From: Bacilli bacterium
GTDB lineage: Bacteria > Bacillota_I > Bacilli_A > ML615J-28 > CAG-698
Length of the DNA stretch: 64,000 nucleotides
NCBI GenBank assembly: GCA_050953065.1
Contig: JBMNLZ010000001.1
Span: 272,826 to 336,825, forward strand
Direction: 5' to 3'
Made by a program: the position numbers and the translations under genes. Positions 1-10,274 of the stretch are shown piece after piece (the first letter of the stretch is position 1; each line of letters opens with the position of its first letter). The notes beneath the pieces are model-generated. The model was not told the DNA's origin. It worked only from the letters and a program-made list of their open reading frames with translations, and made no database searches.

Positions 1-1245
1 AAAAGAATTTTTAATCATTTTTTTAACAGTATCTAAATTCTTACCATTATGATAGATTTTAGCTATTACTTTATCTTTCTTTACAAAATCCCCAGCATCA
101 ACTAACAATTCTACCCCTACACTTAAATCAATTTGATCTTCTTTTTTAAGTCTTCCTGCTCCTAGAAACATGCTAGCTTTTCCTATCTCTAACGCATTTA
201 AATTAGATATATAAGCATCTTTGGGACAAATTATTTCTTCAATATAACTTGCTTTTTTAAATAGATTATAATTATGTACTACCTTTGAATCACCTTTTTG
301 AAATTCAATCATTTTTTCAAACTTATTTAGTGCAGTTTTATTTGTTATAGCATCTTTAATTAACATAATTGCACTTTCTTTATCTTTAGAAGTTTTAGTC
401 ATTAAGAGAATTTGTGTGCAAATAGTCTCACATAAATGCATAAATCTAGTGTTACCATTTCCCTTTAATGTATTAATTGCTTCAAGTACTTCTAAACTAT
501 TACCAACACAACTTCCTAACGGAAGATTCATATCAGTAAGAACACAAACTACTTGCCGATTGTATCTTTTACCTATAGCCACCATTGCTTTAGCTAACTT
601 TTCTGCTTGTTCAACTGTTTTCATAAAGGCACCAATGCCTACCTTTATATCCAACAGAATATAGGGAGCACCACTTGCTATTTTTTTTGACATTATTGAA
701 GCTGCAATCAAACTGATTGAATCTATTGTTCCACTTACATCTCTTAATGCATAGAGTTTTTTATCAGCAGGAACTAAGTCACCAGTTTGGCCAATAATCG
801 AAAGTCCTACAGTATTAACTTGGTTAATAAAATCATCCTGCGTAAGTTCAGTTGTAAAATTAGGTATTGATTCTAATTTATCTATCGTACCACCCGTAAA
901 ACCTAATCCTCTACCACTCATTTTAGGAACTTTTAACCCACAAGCTGCTAAAATTGGACCTATAACTAGCGATGTCTTATCTCCAATTCCACCAGTTGAA
1001 TGCTTATCAACACATATTCCTTTTATTTTAGATAAATCTATTGTATCCCCACTTTCAACCATAGCTTTGGTTAAATAATATTCCTCGTCTTCATTCATGC
1101 CATTTATACAAATTGCCATTAAAAGGGCGCTTGCTTGATATTCAGTAATGTTCCCTAAAACATATTCATTAACAAAATAAGTAATTTCTTCTTTTGTTAA
1201 AGCGTATTTATCTTTCTTTTTGATAATGATATCGATTATATTCAT
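1..1245 (-). CDS. pdp: Pyrimidine-nucleoside (thymidine) phosphorylase, C-terminus runs off the window start
   Basis: Minus-strand translation from ATG at 1245 gives MNIIDIIIKKKDKYALTKEEI...HSTGGIGDKTS, the thymidine phosphorylase phosphate-binding signature. About 415 aa are visible of an expected ~430. The ORF track shows only a spurious plus-strand ORF here. Confidence 0.85.
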   Translation of the reverse strand, partial: MNIIDIIIKKKDKYALTKEEITYFVNEYVLGNITEYQASALLMAICINGMNEDEEYYLTKAMVESGDTIDLSKIKGICVDKHSTGGIGDKTSLVIGPILAACGLKVPKMSGRGLGFTGGTIDKLESIPNFTTELTQDDFINQVNTVGLSIIGQTGDLVPADKKLYALRDVSGTIDSISLIAASIMSKKIASGAPYILLDIKVGIGAFMKTVEQAEKLAKAMVAIGKRYNRQVVCVLTDMNLPLGSCVGNSLEVLEAINTLKGNGNTRFMHLCETICTQILLMTKTSKDKESAIMLIKDAITNKTALNKFEKMIEFQKGDSKVVHNYNLFKKASYIEEIICPKDAYISNLNALEIGKASMFLGAGRLKKEDQIDLSVGVELLVDAGDFVKKDKVIAKIYHNGKNLDTVKKMIKNSF

Positions 1246-1362
1246 ATTTCCCTCCACATTTATATTATACTATTCTTTTTAAAATCTTTAAAACCATTTT
1301 CATTTATTTTATCCTTGCTTTTTTCTATTTTGTATCTATAATTGATTTAGAGGTAGTATATT

Positions 1363-1911
1363 ATGAGAATTTGTTTTATTAGACACGGAGAAACTAATTG
1401 GAATAGTCAATCGTTAATTCAAGGTATAATTGATAACCCCTTAAATGACAATGGAATCAAACAAGCAGAAAATTTAGCCCTAGAACTTTTAAAAACGCAA
1501 ATCAAATGGGATGTTGTTTTTTCAAGTCCTTTAGCAAGAGCTTTTGATACAGCAAAAATTGTTTCAAAAAAAATTAATTATCATTCTAATATCATAATTG
1601 ATAATAATGTCATTGAAAGAGATTTTGGAAAAATCGAAGGTATGAAATTAAGTGAACAAGTTTACAATTTAATAATCTCAGAAAAAGAACCATCTTTAGA
1701 AAAAGTTGTTTCACTAAAAGAAAGAGTTATGGACTTTATACAAAAGACTTATCAAAAATATCCAAACAAAAATATTTTAGTATTTACACACTCTCATATT
1801 ATTAAAACAATTAAAAACATCTTAAATCCAAATTATTCTTTCAGAAGTTCGCTTTCCAATTGCGCTATTCTTCAAATAAAATATGATGGTTTAAAAATTA
1901 AAGAACTTTAG
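1363..1911 (+). CDS. Histidine phosphatase family protein (phosphoglycerate-mutase-like)
   Basis: N-terminal RHGETNWN catalytic motif; 182 aa. Confidence 0.7.
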   Translation: MRICFIRHGETNWNSQSLIQGIIDNPLNDNGIKQAENLALELLKTQIKWDVVFSSPLARAFDTAKIVSKKINYHSNIIIDNNVIERDFGKIEGMKLSEQVYNLIISEKEPSLEKVVSLKERVMDFIQKTYQKYPNKNILVFTHSHIIKTIKNILNPNYSFRSSLSNCAILQIKYDGLKIKEL

Positions 1912-1913
1912 AT

Positions 1914-1945
1914 ACAAAACAAACTAGTTATTGCTAGTTTGTTTT
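1914..1945. terminator. Bidirectional rho-independent terminator hairpin
   Basis: aaacaaactag-ttattg-ctagtttgttt followed by a T run, between convergent genes. Confidence 0.6.
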
Positions 1946-2745
1946 TTTAAATACTCGTTTTTTTCTAACAACATATCAGTGATTTTATCACTAATTTCAT
2001 TTGTTGTTTTTTCCTTTAATTCCTCATTTGAAATTAAATCTATAATTTCAAAGTTTACTGTCGTACGCTTGAAAGGATATTTTTTTTTCACCAAATTTGT
2101 TCCAAACAAATGAGTTACTAAAATAGGCACTTCTGCCTTTTGGGGAATTTTGAATACACCACTTTTTAAAGGTAAAAGCTCGCCACTTCTACTTCTAGTT
2201 CCTTCAGGAAAAACGCCAATATTTTCTTTGTTTTTACATCTTTTAATTGCTTCAAGCATAATTTGGGTAGCTTGACGATTATCTTTTCTATCCAAAACTA
2301 AAAAACCAGTTCTTTTTAACCACACCCCAACTATCGGTACTGACATTATTTCTTTTTTCATAATATATGCAATATCATGATTTTTTAAAGCATATATATG
2401 AATAATAGGATCCAAATTAGATAAATGATTACTAACTAGAAAAAAATTCCCAGCCTTTGATAATTTATCTAAATTTTTAGAAATAACTTTAATTCTCAAA
2501 AGAAAAACTACAAAACTACATGCCTGATGAATACAGCCATAATAAAATTTTTTATGCTTTTCATTAACTAAAAGTAAAGATAGTATGATAAATAAAAACA
2601 ATATAATAGCACAAGCGACAACTCCAGCCAACATACTCAAAGGAATTGTCCACCAAATAACATTATTATAATTAACAAATTGATAATAAATCGTAAAAAA
2701 GCATGCACAAATCGGGATAAAAAACGTAAGAAATATAATTATCAT
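1924..2745 (-). CDS. plsC: 1-acyl-sn-glycerol-3-phosphate acyltransferase (PlsC family) with hydrophobic N-terminal extension
   Basis: NHLSNLDP (HxxxxD) and FPEGTRS acyltransferase motifs; N-terminal ~75 aa hydrophobic. Confidence 0.7.
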   Translation of the reverse strand: MIIIFLTFFIPICACFFTIYYQFVNYNNVIWWTIPLSMLAGVVACAIILFLFIILSLLLVNEKHKKFYYGCIHQACSFVVFLLRIKVISKNLDKLSKAGNFFLVSNHLSNLDPIIHIYALKNHDIAYIMKKEIMSVPIVGVWLKRTGFLVLDRKDNRQATQIMLEAIKRCKNKENIGVFPEGTRSRSGELLPLKSGVFKIPQKAEVPILVTHLFGTNLVKKKYPFKRTTVNFEIIDLISNEELKEKTTNEISDKITDMLLEKNEYLKKQTSNN

Positions 2746-2748
2746 TTT

Positions 2749-3219
2749 TTATTTCCTCTCATATATACAAAAAGCCAAATCTCCTACTTCTTTTTTAGAT
2801 ATTAATTTATAATTAGCAAAGTCTATCTCTGGGAAAAAAACATCCCCCTCATATTCTTTATTTATATGAGTTATATAAAGTCTATCAGCATAAGGTAGAG
2901 CTAATTTATAAATTTGTAATCCACCAATCACAAATATTTCTTCCTCATGTTTTTGCTTAAGAAAAGAAATTAGATCATTAGTTACCTTAACTCCTGGAAA
3001 ATTAAAATCTTTATCTAAAGTTGCCACAATATTATCTCTATTAGGTAATGGCTTTTTTATTCTATCAAATATAGAATAAAAAGTTTGTTCACCCATTAAA
3101 ACTGTTTTGTTTAGAGTTGTTTGCTTGAAATAATTCAAATCTTCTGGATAATGCCACGGTAAATCATTTCCTTTTCCAATCAAATTATTTTTACCAATAG
3201 CAACTATAATTGAAATCAT
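2749..3219 (-). CDS. folA: Dihydrofolate reductase
   Basis: [24 protein letters not shown]-terminus, 156 aa; 4-bp overlap with upstream thyA. Confidence 0.9.
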   Translation of the reverse strand: MISIIVAIGKNNLIGKGNDLPWHYPEDLNYFKQTTLNKTVLMGEQTFYSIFDRIKKPLPNRDNIVATLDKDFNFPGVKVTNDLISFLKQKHEEEIFVIGGLQIYKLALPYADRLYITHINKEYEGDVFFPEIDFANYKLISKKEVGDLAFCIYERK

Positions 3220-4094
3220 ACAGAAACTTCTCCTTTAATAGCTGGATGATATTCATAATCCACTAATTCAAAATCATCATATTTAAAATCATCTATTGAT
3301 TTTACTTTTCTTTTAATATTCATCTTAGGTAATTTTTTTGGTTCTCTTGTTAATTGTAATTTAACTTGATCAAGATGATTTAAATAAATATGTGCATCAC
3401 CAATTGTATGAACAAATTCACCTAATTTCAAATCACATAACTGAGCAACCATCATAGTTAACAAAGAATATGATGCAATATTAAACGGAATACCTAAAAA
3501 AGCATCAGCACTTCTTTGATATAATTGGCAAGACAATTTCCCACCACTTACATAAAACTGAAATAATAAATGACATGGAGGTATAGCCATTTCTTCAATA
3601 TCAGCAGCTTGCCAACTACTAACAACTAATCTTCTTGAATCAGGATTTCTTTTAATTTCATTAATAACCCAAGCAAGTTGATCAATTTTTTTACCTTCTC
3701 CTGCAAAATTTCGCCATTGTCTTCCATAAACTGGACCTAAATCAGCATGTTTAACAGCAAATGTTGCATCATCTTTAACCTTTTGAACAAATTCTTCCAT
3801 AGTTTCATCATTATAATCTTTACTGTTTTTAAATTTTTCATAAGGCCATTCATTCCAAATTCTTACATCATTTTGCACTAAATATCTAATATTAGTATCA
3901 CCACTAATAAACCATAACAACTCATGTATAATTGCTTTTAAATACATTTTTTTAGTTGTCAATAAAGGAAAACCTTCATTCAAATCAAATCTCATTTGAT
4001 ATCCAAACGTTGATATAGTACCTGTCTTAGTTCTGTCTTCTTTTTTATAACCGTTGTCTAAAATGTGTCTTAAAAAATCTAAATATTGTTTCAT
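3216..4094 (-). CDS. thyA: Thymidylate synthase
   Basis: 292 aa; conserved ThyA blocks including PPCH and a C-terminal ...[10 protein letters not shown]-type end. Confidence 0.95.
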   Translation of the reverse strand: MKQYLDFLRHILDNGYKKEDRTKTGTISTFGYQMRFDLNEGFPLLTTKKMYLKAIIHELLWFISGDTNIRYLVQNDVRIWNEWPYEKFKNSKDYNDETMEEFVQKVKDDATFAVKHADLGPVYGRQWRNFAGEGKKIDQLAWVINEIKRNPDSRRLVVSSWQAADIEEMAIPPCHLLFQFYVSGGKLSCQLYQRSADAFLGIPFNIASYSLLTMMVAQLCDLKLGEFVHTIGDAHIYLNHLDQVKLQLTREPKKLPKMNIKRKVKSIDDFKYDDFELVDYEYHPAIKGEVSV

Positions 4095-4149
4095 AATTAC
4101 TCCTTTGCTACTTGTTGATTATAACACAAATATTCTGTTCTTAAAAGAA

Positions 4150-4665
4150 TTATTTCAGTAAAAAATCTTTCCCTTTCATTGATTCTGGTTCAAAATTACT
4201 TAAACCAGGATAGTCTTGTTGTCTTAAAGCCTCGTAAATAGCTATTGCAGCTACATTAGATATATTTAAACTTCGCACATTATCTGTCATCGGTAATCTA
4301 ACACAGCGTTCTAAATAACGTCGTAATATTTCTTTAGGGATTCCTGTTGACTCTTTTCCGATAAAAAAATAATAGTTTATTTGAGTATCCTTTAATTTTA
4401 ATGAATGGAAATTATTCAAACCATATCTAGTAAAAAAGTAAAATTCTCCCTGATTTTTAGATAAGAAATCTTCAAAATCTTCATACACATGATAAATTAA
4501 CTTATCTATATAGTTAACACCAGATCTTTTTAATTTACTTTGATTTAAAGAAAACCCCAAAGGTTTGATTAAATGCAAAATCGAATTCGTAGCCACACAT
4601 GTTCTCATTATATTTCCAGTGTTTTGAGGTATTTCAGGTTCATATAAAACTACATTAATTGACAT
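4150..4665 (-). CDS. trmL: tRNA (cytidine/uridine-2'-O)-methyltransferase TrmL (SpoU family)
   Basis: MSINVVLYEPEIPQNTGNIMRTC N-terminus typical of TrmL; 171 aa. Confidence 0.8.
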   Translation of the reverse strand: MSINVVLYEPEIPQNTGNIMRTCVATNSILHLIKPLGFSLNQSKLKRSGVNYIDKLIYHVYEDFEDFLSKNQGEFYFFTRYGLNNFHSLKLKDTQINYYFFIGKESTGIPKEILRRYLERCVRLPMTDNVRSLNISNVAAIAIYEALRQQDYPGLSNFEPESMKGKDFLLK

Positions 4666-5557
4666 TTATTTTCCTCTTTAAGTATTCTATTGTATTATTA
4701 AACCATTCTTCATTTCTCGTGTTTTTTTCTAAAGCTATTTCTAAATGATTTTTATTAAGTAAACCTTTTTTAAAAGACAAAAAAAGCAAATTTCTAATTA
4801 TTTTTAAATAACCAATCCATTGAAATGATTTTTCTTGATATTTAGAAACAAATTCTTGCTCATTAAGACTTAATATTTCATCTAAAGTAATAACAGAATC
4901 TTCTAAAAATGATAATTCTTTTGTTCCTTTTACTACATTATTATTAAACGGGCAAACATCTTGGCAAATATCACAGCCATAATATGTATTCATTTTTTCC
5001 AGCAAATCAAACCTATTTGTTCTAGATTGATTTAAATATGAAAGGCACTTACTTCTATCATATCCATTTTCTAATGCTCCTGTAGGACAAGCTTTCACGC
5101 ATTTATCACACTTAATACATGTCTGAAAATCATAATGATCATATTTATTAAACTCATAATCAGTAAGTACTTCTCCAATTACAACATAAGTTCCATTTTT
5201 TGAAATAAGTAGATTATTTAATCCCATTATCCCTAACCCTGCTATAACAGCAAGTTTTTTTTCATCTAAAAATGATTGGTCAACTAATATCTCCGTTCTA
5301 CCAATATCGCCAATTTCAAAAAGAAATTCTGCTATCTTATTTTTTACAATCTTATGATAATCTTTCCCATAAGCAAGTTTTGCGGGCAAAAAGTCATTTT
5401 GACGACTTTTACTATCATATGAAAAAATAAAAACTATAATACTATTAACCCAATTATACTTTTCTTCCTCACAATTTTTATTTTTAAAATAATCAGTGCT
5501 GAACTTTATAATACCAAACTCATATTTATTTTTTAGTTTATTAATTTTATTAATCAT
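4655..5557 (-). CDS. queG: Epoxyqueuosine reductase QueG-like 4Fe-4S protein
   Basis: Two ferredoxin-type clusters, CIKCDKCVKACP and CDICQDVCP. Length and layout are QueG-like. Overlaps the trmL start by 11 bp. Confidence 0.55.
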   Translation of the reverse strand: MINKINKLKNKYEFGIIKFSTDYFKNKNCEEEKYNWVNSIIVFIFSYDSKSRQNDFLPAKLAYGKDYHKIVKNKIAEFLFEIGDIGRTEILVDQSFLDEKKLAVIAGLGIMGLNNLLISKNGTYVVIGEVLTDYEFNKYDHYDFQTCIKCDKCVKACPTGALENGYDRSKCLSYLNQSRTNRFDLLEKMNTYYGCDICQDVCPFNNNVVKGTKELSFLEDSVITLDEILSLNEQEFVSKYQEKSFQWIGYLKIIRNLLFLSFKKGLLNKNHLEIALEKNTRNEEWFNNTIEYLKRKINVN

Positions 5558-5558
5558 A

Positions 5559-6368
5559 TTATTCTTTTAAATTTTGTTCAATAATTTTATCAAAGTTAAT
5601 TTGACTTTCAGTTTTTAATGAAAGGAATTGTTTATATTTATATTTAATATTCAACCACTTTGTTTTTTGAAGAAAATCTTTTTTTGTTAAAGTAGTTGAA
5701 ACAATAACCTTACCTCTTCTTTTATTACTAGTTGGAGTAATAGTTATAATTTCAAATAATGCTTCAGCTGTATCTAATAAAATAGCATTGGGAAAATATT
5801 CCAAGAATTCAGTCTTTAATGCAAACAAAAATGGTGCACTTGGTATAATTAAATCTATTTCTTTTTTTTGAACCAAATGCATTATTTTCTCTACCTCTTT
5901 AAAAGTTTTAGAAGTTTTTACATTGCCATTATTTAAAGTAGATTCAATCTCATCACTTGCTAAACTTGTAAGTTGTGAATGTTTTAAAAACTTTTGATAT
6001 AGATTAGCTTCGATGATAGATTTCCTTGCTAATAATAACATTGATTTATAAGAATATTTAGCATTAACATATTGAATGATATGAGGTGCTAAAAAAACTA
6101 GTTCTTCTCTTTCTTTAAAATCTTCATAACAAAGTTCAAAAATAGTATCGCTAACTATAAAAATCATTTTAGGGTCAAAAGTATTTAAAAACTGGATTTT
6201 TTCATTTACAAAATTTAATATTTCTTCTTTCTTATAACTATCATAAGGGTAATATTCTAAGTCATTAGTATAAACAAAACTTTCATTTGGAAAGTTTTTT
6301 GTTAAAGTTTCTAGAATAAATACTCCTTCAAGCCCCATATCTAAAATACCAATTGGTTTTTTTAACAT
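5559..6368 (-). CDS. Asp/Glu-racemase-superfamily protein, apparently degenerate (both catalytic Cys replaced by Ser)
   Basis: N-terminus KPIGILDMGLEGVFILE aligns to MurI KVIGVFDSGVGGIVVLNE (9368..10129). The CNTA and GCTHF catalytic blocks are replaced by VSDTI and PSAPF. Confidence 0.45.
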   Translation of the reverse strand: MLKKPIGILDMGLEGVFILETLTKNFPNESFVYTNDLEYYPYDSYKKEEILNFVNEKIQFLNTFDPKMIFIVSDTIFELCYEDFKEREELVFLAPHIIQYVNAKYSYKSMLLLARKSIIEANLYQKFLKHSQLTSLASDEIESTLNNGNVKTSKTFKEVEKIMHLVQKKEIDLIIPSAPFLFALKTEFLEYFPNAILLDTAEALFEIITITPTSNKRRGKVIVSTTLTKKDFLQKTKWLNIKYKYKQFLSLKTESQINFDKIIEQNLKE

Positions 6369-6377
6369 TTTTTTCTC

Positions 6378-7862
6378 CTAACTAAGATATTTAATATTTA
6401 TCGTTTTTTCATTTTCAGAATAATCAATCTCTAAAGACTCTAGCAAATCTTTAATCGGAAGATAATACGTATCTTCAATTTTAATCATTTCTTCAAATCT
6501 ATAAGCAACTTTTTTATAGTTTTTTGAAAGTAAAATTAAATCTTTTGTAACAACTGGCATAATATCAAGACCATCTAAAGCTGTAAACAATGAAATATAA
6601 GTCTTGCCTTCTTTTTCAAAAATGGCTCTTGGCATCGTTAAAATTCTATCGTTAATGCTTGCTTCTAAACTGTTTTTATTAATTACAAAAGTTCTTTTAC
6701 ACCCGTGTTTCCAATACTTTTCAATTCCTTTTTCCATAAGTTTTACAAAAATATCTACAATTCCATAAGGATTATGTTTATATAATCCACCATTTGTAAA
6801 GAAACACATACCTATTTTTTGTTCGGGATTATAAAAGAAAAAACTTACTAAACCATAAGCACTTCCTGTGTGTCCTCTAAGCAATTCTTTTTCATACATA
6901 GAAAAAATTTTAATTTGAAGTCCTTTTGCTTTATAATCATCAAATTCAGTATTTATCCAATGAAATTGTTGCATCAAATCAATTGTTTTTTTATTTAAGA
7001 TTCTAACACCTTTATATACTCCACCGTTCATAAATAACTGCATTATTTTAGCTAAATCATTTAGATTAATCATTAAACCACCAGCTGGCCCCCTATAGTT
7101 TTCTCCTAAAGGAAATAAATTATATTTCCAATTAAGTAAACCCTTAATACTTAATGTAGAAACTATTTTTTCTTTTGATTTAGACATGCGATATAAAGTC
7201 GCAAAATTATCTTTATCCTTTATATCTTGGATTCTAAAACCTCCATCAATATTTAATTTTAATAAAAAATTTTCTACTACATAGTCACAAAAGTATGTTT
7301 GAGTAATTTTTTCAACAACGCATGCAAGTAGTCCGCAACCAAAATTTGAATATATAAACCTTTCACCAGGTCTAACATCAGAATATGTTGAATCAATCCA
7401 ATAAGGTCCATCATTTTTAATTAATAAATCTTTTAAAGTTGCAGGTTGATTAGTCCCATTAACTCCATTATAGCCCCTTTTAATATGATCATTTTTTGGG
7501 TCTTCATCATCAAAACCATCAGTAATACTTGAAGTTTGAGTCATCAAATGCTTAATAGTGATTTTATCATTTGGAAATTTTGGATTTCTAATTTTAAATC
7601 CAAAAATATCTGAAATATCATCATCAATAGATATTAAGCCTTTTTCAACTAGTTGCATCACACAAATTGCAACTATTATTTTTGAAATTGATGCAATTCT
7701 AGCTTTTGTATACTTATTTATTTTTTCTTTAGTTTCAATGTCTCTTACTCCAAATGATAAGTCTTCTAAAATCTTTTTATCATTAAGGACAAGCATTTGA
7801 GCACCAATCAAACTACTCTCAACACAAATTTTTTTAAATTCTTTTTTCATGTATAACTCCAC
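6378..7862 (-). CDS. Serine hydrolase of the beta-lactamase/PBP family with extra C-terminal domain
   Basis: SxxK motif ASISK in an N-terminal ~340-aa beta-lactamase fold; 494 aa. Confidence 0.7.
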   Translation of the reverse strand: MELYMKKEFKKICVESSLIGAQMLVLNDKKILEDLSFGVRDIETKEKINKYTKARIASISKIIVAICVMQLVEKGLISIDDDISDIFGFKIRNPKFPNDKITIKHLMTQTSSITDGFDDEDPKNDHIKRGYNGVNGTNQPATLKDLLIKNDGPYWIDSTYSDVRPGERFIYSNFGCGLLACVVEKITQTYFCDYVVENFLLKLNIDGGFRIQDIKDKDNFATLYRMSKSKEKIVSTLSIKGLLNWKYNLFPLGENYRGPAGGLMINLNDLAKIMQLFMNGGVYKGVRILNKKTIDLMQQFHWINTEFDDYKAKGLQIKIFSMYEKELLRGHTGSAYGLVSFFFYNPEQKIGMCFFTNGGLYKHNPYGIVDIFVKLMEKGIEKYWKHGCKRTFVINKNSLEASINDRILTMPRAIFEKEGKTYISLFTALDGLDIMPVVTKDLILLSKNYKKVAYRFEEMIKIEDTYYLPIKDLLESLEIDYSENEKTINIKYLS

Positions 7863-7962
7863 ATTGTTTACATTATACCATAATATTATCTAAAAAACTA
7901 TTTTTTAATTCCATTTTTTAACTAAAAATGTTATACTATTTTTATGTAAAGGATAAGAAAAT

Positions 7963-8802
7963 ATGAGAAAAATTGATAAATCTTTATTAATCTCTGAAAT
8001 TAAAAAACTAATATTTGAATGCGCTTTTAATATCAATCCTAAAATTATTGCTTCTCTTGAAAAATCCAAAGAAGAAGAAATTTCTCCTCTAGGTAAAAGT
8101 ACATTATCAAAAATCATAGAAAACGATATCTTAGCAAGAAAAAAAACTATTCCAATCTGTCAAGATACAGGTGTAACGGTTGTATTTTTAGAAATTGGAA
8201 TGGGCATCTGTTTTGATTATGATTTAACTGAAACAATTAACCAAGCCGTAAAAGAAGCTTACGAAGAATTTTATCTAAGGAAATCTATCGTTAAACATCC
8301 TTTAGATAGAATTAACACCCTTACTAATACTCCTTGTATAATTCATACAAAAATAGTTAACTCAAAAAATTTGAAAATAACTCTTACTATTAAAGGTGCT
8401 GGTAGCGAAAATATGAGCAAGTTAAAAATGCTTAGCCCTGCTGATGGAGATATCGGAGTTGTAAACTTTGTTTTAGAAACAATTGAAGCCAGTGGTGGTA
8501 ATGCATGCCCCCCAATGATTGTAGGTGTAGGATTAGGTGGTAATTTTGAACAAGCCGCACTACTTTCTAAAGAAGCCTTACTAAGAGATATTGATGATGA
8601 ATCATCAAACCCAATTGATAATAATTTAGAAAAGAAAATATTTGAAAAAGCAAACAAATTAGGTATTGGCCCAATGGGACTAGGTGGTAAAAGTACAGTA
8701 TTAGCAGTAAAGATAAACTCTTTCCCATGTCATATCGCCTCACTACCAGTAGCTGTAAATATCCAATGTCATGCTTCTAGAACAAAATCAATTATACTAT
8801 AA
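7963..8802 (+). CDS. Fe-S hydro-lyase alpha subunit (class I fumarate hydratase / L(+)-tartrate dehydratase alpha)
   Basis: 279 aa; CQDTGV and Cys-containing blocks typical of the FumA/TtdA N-terminal domain. Confidence 0.8.
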   Translation: MRKIDKSLLISEIKKLIFECAFNINPKIIASLEKSKEEEISPLGKSTLSKIIENDILARKKTIPICQDTGVTVVFLEIGMGICFDYDLTETINQAVKEAYEEFYLRKSIVKHPLDRINTLTNTPCIIHTKIVNSKNLKITLTIKGAGSENMSKLKMLSPADGDIGVVNFVLETIEASGGNACPPMIVGVGLGGNFEQAALLSKEALLRDIDDESSNPIDNNLEKKIFEKANKLGIGPMGLGGKSTVLAVKINSFPCHIASLPVAVNIQCHASRTKSIIL

Positions 8803-8811
8803 GGTGATAAA

Positions 8812-9363
8812 ATGAAAATAACATCTCCTCTAAAAGATTCAAAGTATTTAGATTTAAAGATAGGCGATGAAGTGCTTATCAGCGGAATTATTTATACTGC
8901 TCGTGATGCTGCACACAAAAGATTACTCGATGATATTAATAAAAATAAATCTCTTCCCTTTTCATTAAAAGACAATATTATCTATTATACTGGTCCAACA
9001 CCAACTCCGCCTAACAGACCAATTGGTTCTGCAGGTCCTACTTCTAGTTATCGTATGGATTCTTATTCTATAAAACTAATGGAACTTGGGCAAAAAATAA
9101 TGATCGGAAAAGGTCAAAGATCCAAAGAATTTAAAAAAGCATTACAAGAACATAACGCCGTTTACTTAACAACAATTGGTGGAGCAGGAGCTTTAATTTC
9201 TAATTGTATTAAATCAAGTAAAATTATTGCTTATGATGATTTACAATCAGAAGCAATTTATGAATTACATGTAGAAAACCTTCCAGCAATAGTTGTTTAT
9301 GATTCAAACGGTAATGATTTAATTGAACAAGAAATAAAAAAATATAAAAACCTTCTTAAATGA
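8812..9363 (+). CDS. Fe-S hydro-lyase beta subunit (FumA C-terminal domain / TtdB)
   Basis: 183 aa immediately downstream of the alpha subunit; conserved YYTGPTPTPP..GSAGPTSS block. Confidence 0.8.
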   Translation: MKITSPLKDSKYLDLKIGDEVLISGIIYTARDAAHKRLLDDINKNKSLPFSLKDNIIYYTGPTPTPPNRPIGSAGPTSSYRMDSYSIKLMELGQKIMIGKGQRSKEFKKALQEHNAVYLTTIGGAGALISNCIKSSKIIAYDDLQSEAIYELHVENLPAIVVYDSNGNDLIEQEIKKYKNLLK

Positions 9364-9367
9364 AGGT

Positions 9368-10129
9368 TTATTTTTTTGTTTTAAAAATATATTCTCTTTC
9401 AAACCAAGATATTTTATCCGTAATATTACTATTTTTTTTATTAGATTCAATAATTATTTTACCAAAGTTATTTGTTTCTAACATTCTTTTTCTAATTAAC
9501 GTATTCTTAACCTCATCAGCCATTACCTTACTACTAGAATATACTTTAGCCTTTGGAAAAATTTCTTGTACAAAGTCTTTTAATAATTCAAAATGTGTAC
9601 ACCCTAATATAACAGCTTTAATATCTTCCTTTTGAAATTTACTTAGTTTATCAAAAACTAATGTTTTTGCTTCTTGAGTGCTATATAAGTTTTCTTCAAC
9701 TATTTTAACAAATTCTGGAACACCTATTGAAAAAACATTGTAATCTTTTAAATAATTTTGATACGACTTAGAATTAACAGTTACATTAGTAGCAACTAAT
9801 AAAACATTACTGTTTTTTGGAAGCTCATAAACTTGTTTTGCAGTCGTTTCAATCACCCCAATTATTGGAATATCTAACTTTATATGATCACTATTTGCAG
9901 TTGCTGTATTACATGCAATCACAATCATTTTTGAATTTTTTTCATATAAATAATTACAATTTTTACTAACAATTTCTCTTACTTCTTCTTTTGTTTTTTC
10001 TCCATATGGCGAATTCTGTTCATCAGCAACATATAAAAACTCCTCGTTTGGTAGAGCTTTTACCAATTCATTTAACACTACTATCCCACCAACTCCAGAA
10101 TCAAAGACACCAATTACTTTTTTGTTCAT
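9368..10129 (-). CDS. murI: Glutamate racemase
   Basis: MNKKVIGVFDSGVGG with the CNTA and GCTHF catalytic Cys blocks. I chose the internal ATG at 10129, preceded by an AAAGGTG RBS, over the longer ORF starting at 10240. Confidence 0.85.
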   Translation of the reverse strand: MNKKVIGVFDSGVGGIVVLNELVKALPNEEFLYVADEQNSPYGEKTKEEVREIVSKNCNYLYEKNSKMIVIACNTATANSDHIKLDIPIIGVIETTAKQVYELPKNSNVLLVATNVTVNSKSYQNYLKDYNVFSIGVPEFVKIVEENLYSTQEAKTLVFDKLSKFQKEDIKAVILGCTHFELLKDFVQEIFPKAKVYSSSKVMADEVKNTLIRKRMLETNNFGKIIIESNKKNSNITDKISWFEREYIFKTKK

Positions 10130-10274
10130 AAAACACCTTTTTCTTTTATAAATTATAACACTTGTCTCTATTAAGTGCAACTTAAAAATATATTGTTTTT
10201 CCCTTTTTTTCGTTACAGTTTGTTTGACATATATTTTCATTTATATTATAATTAATGTATAAGGGGTGGCTAAA

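Noticed and set aside
416-664. Plus-strand 82-aa ORF at the window start
   Set aside because: It lies antisense inside the much longer, clearly homologous minus-strand thymidine phosphorylase reading frame. It has low-complexity, AT-rich codon usage and no RBS.
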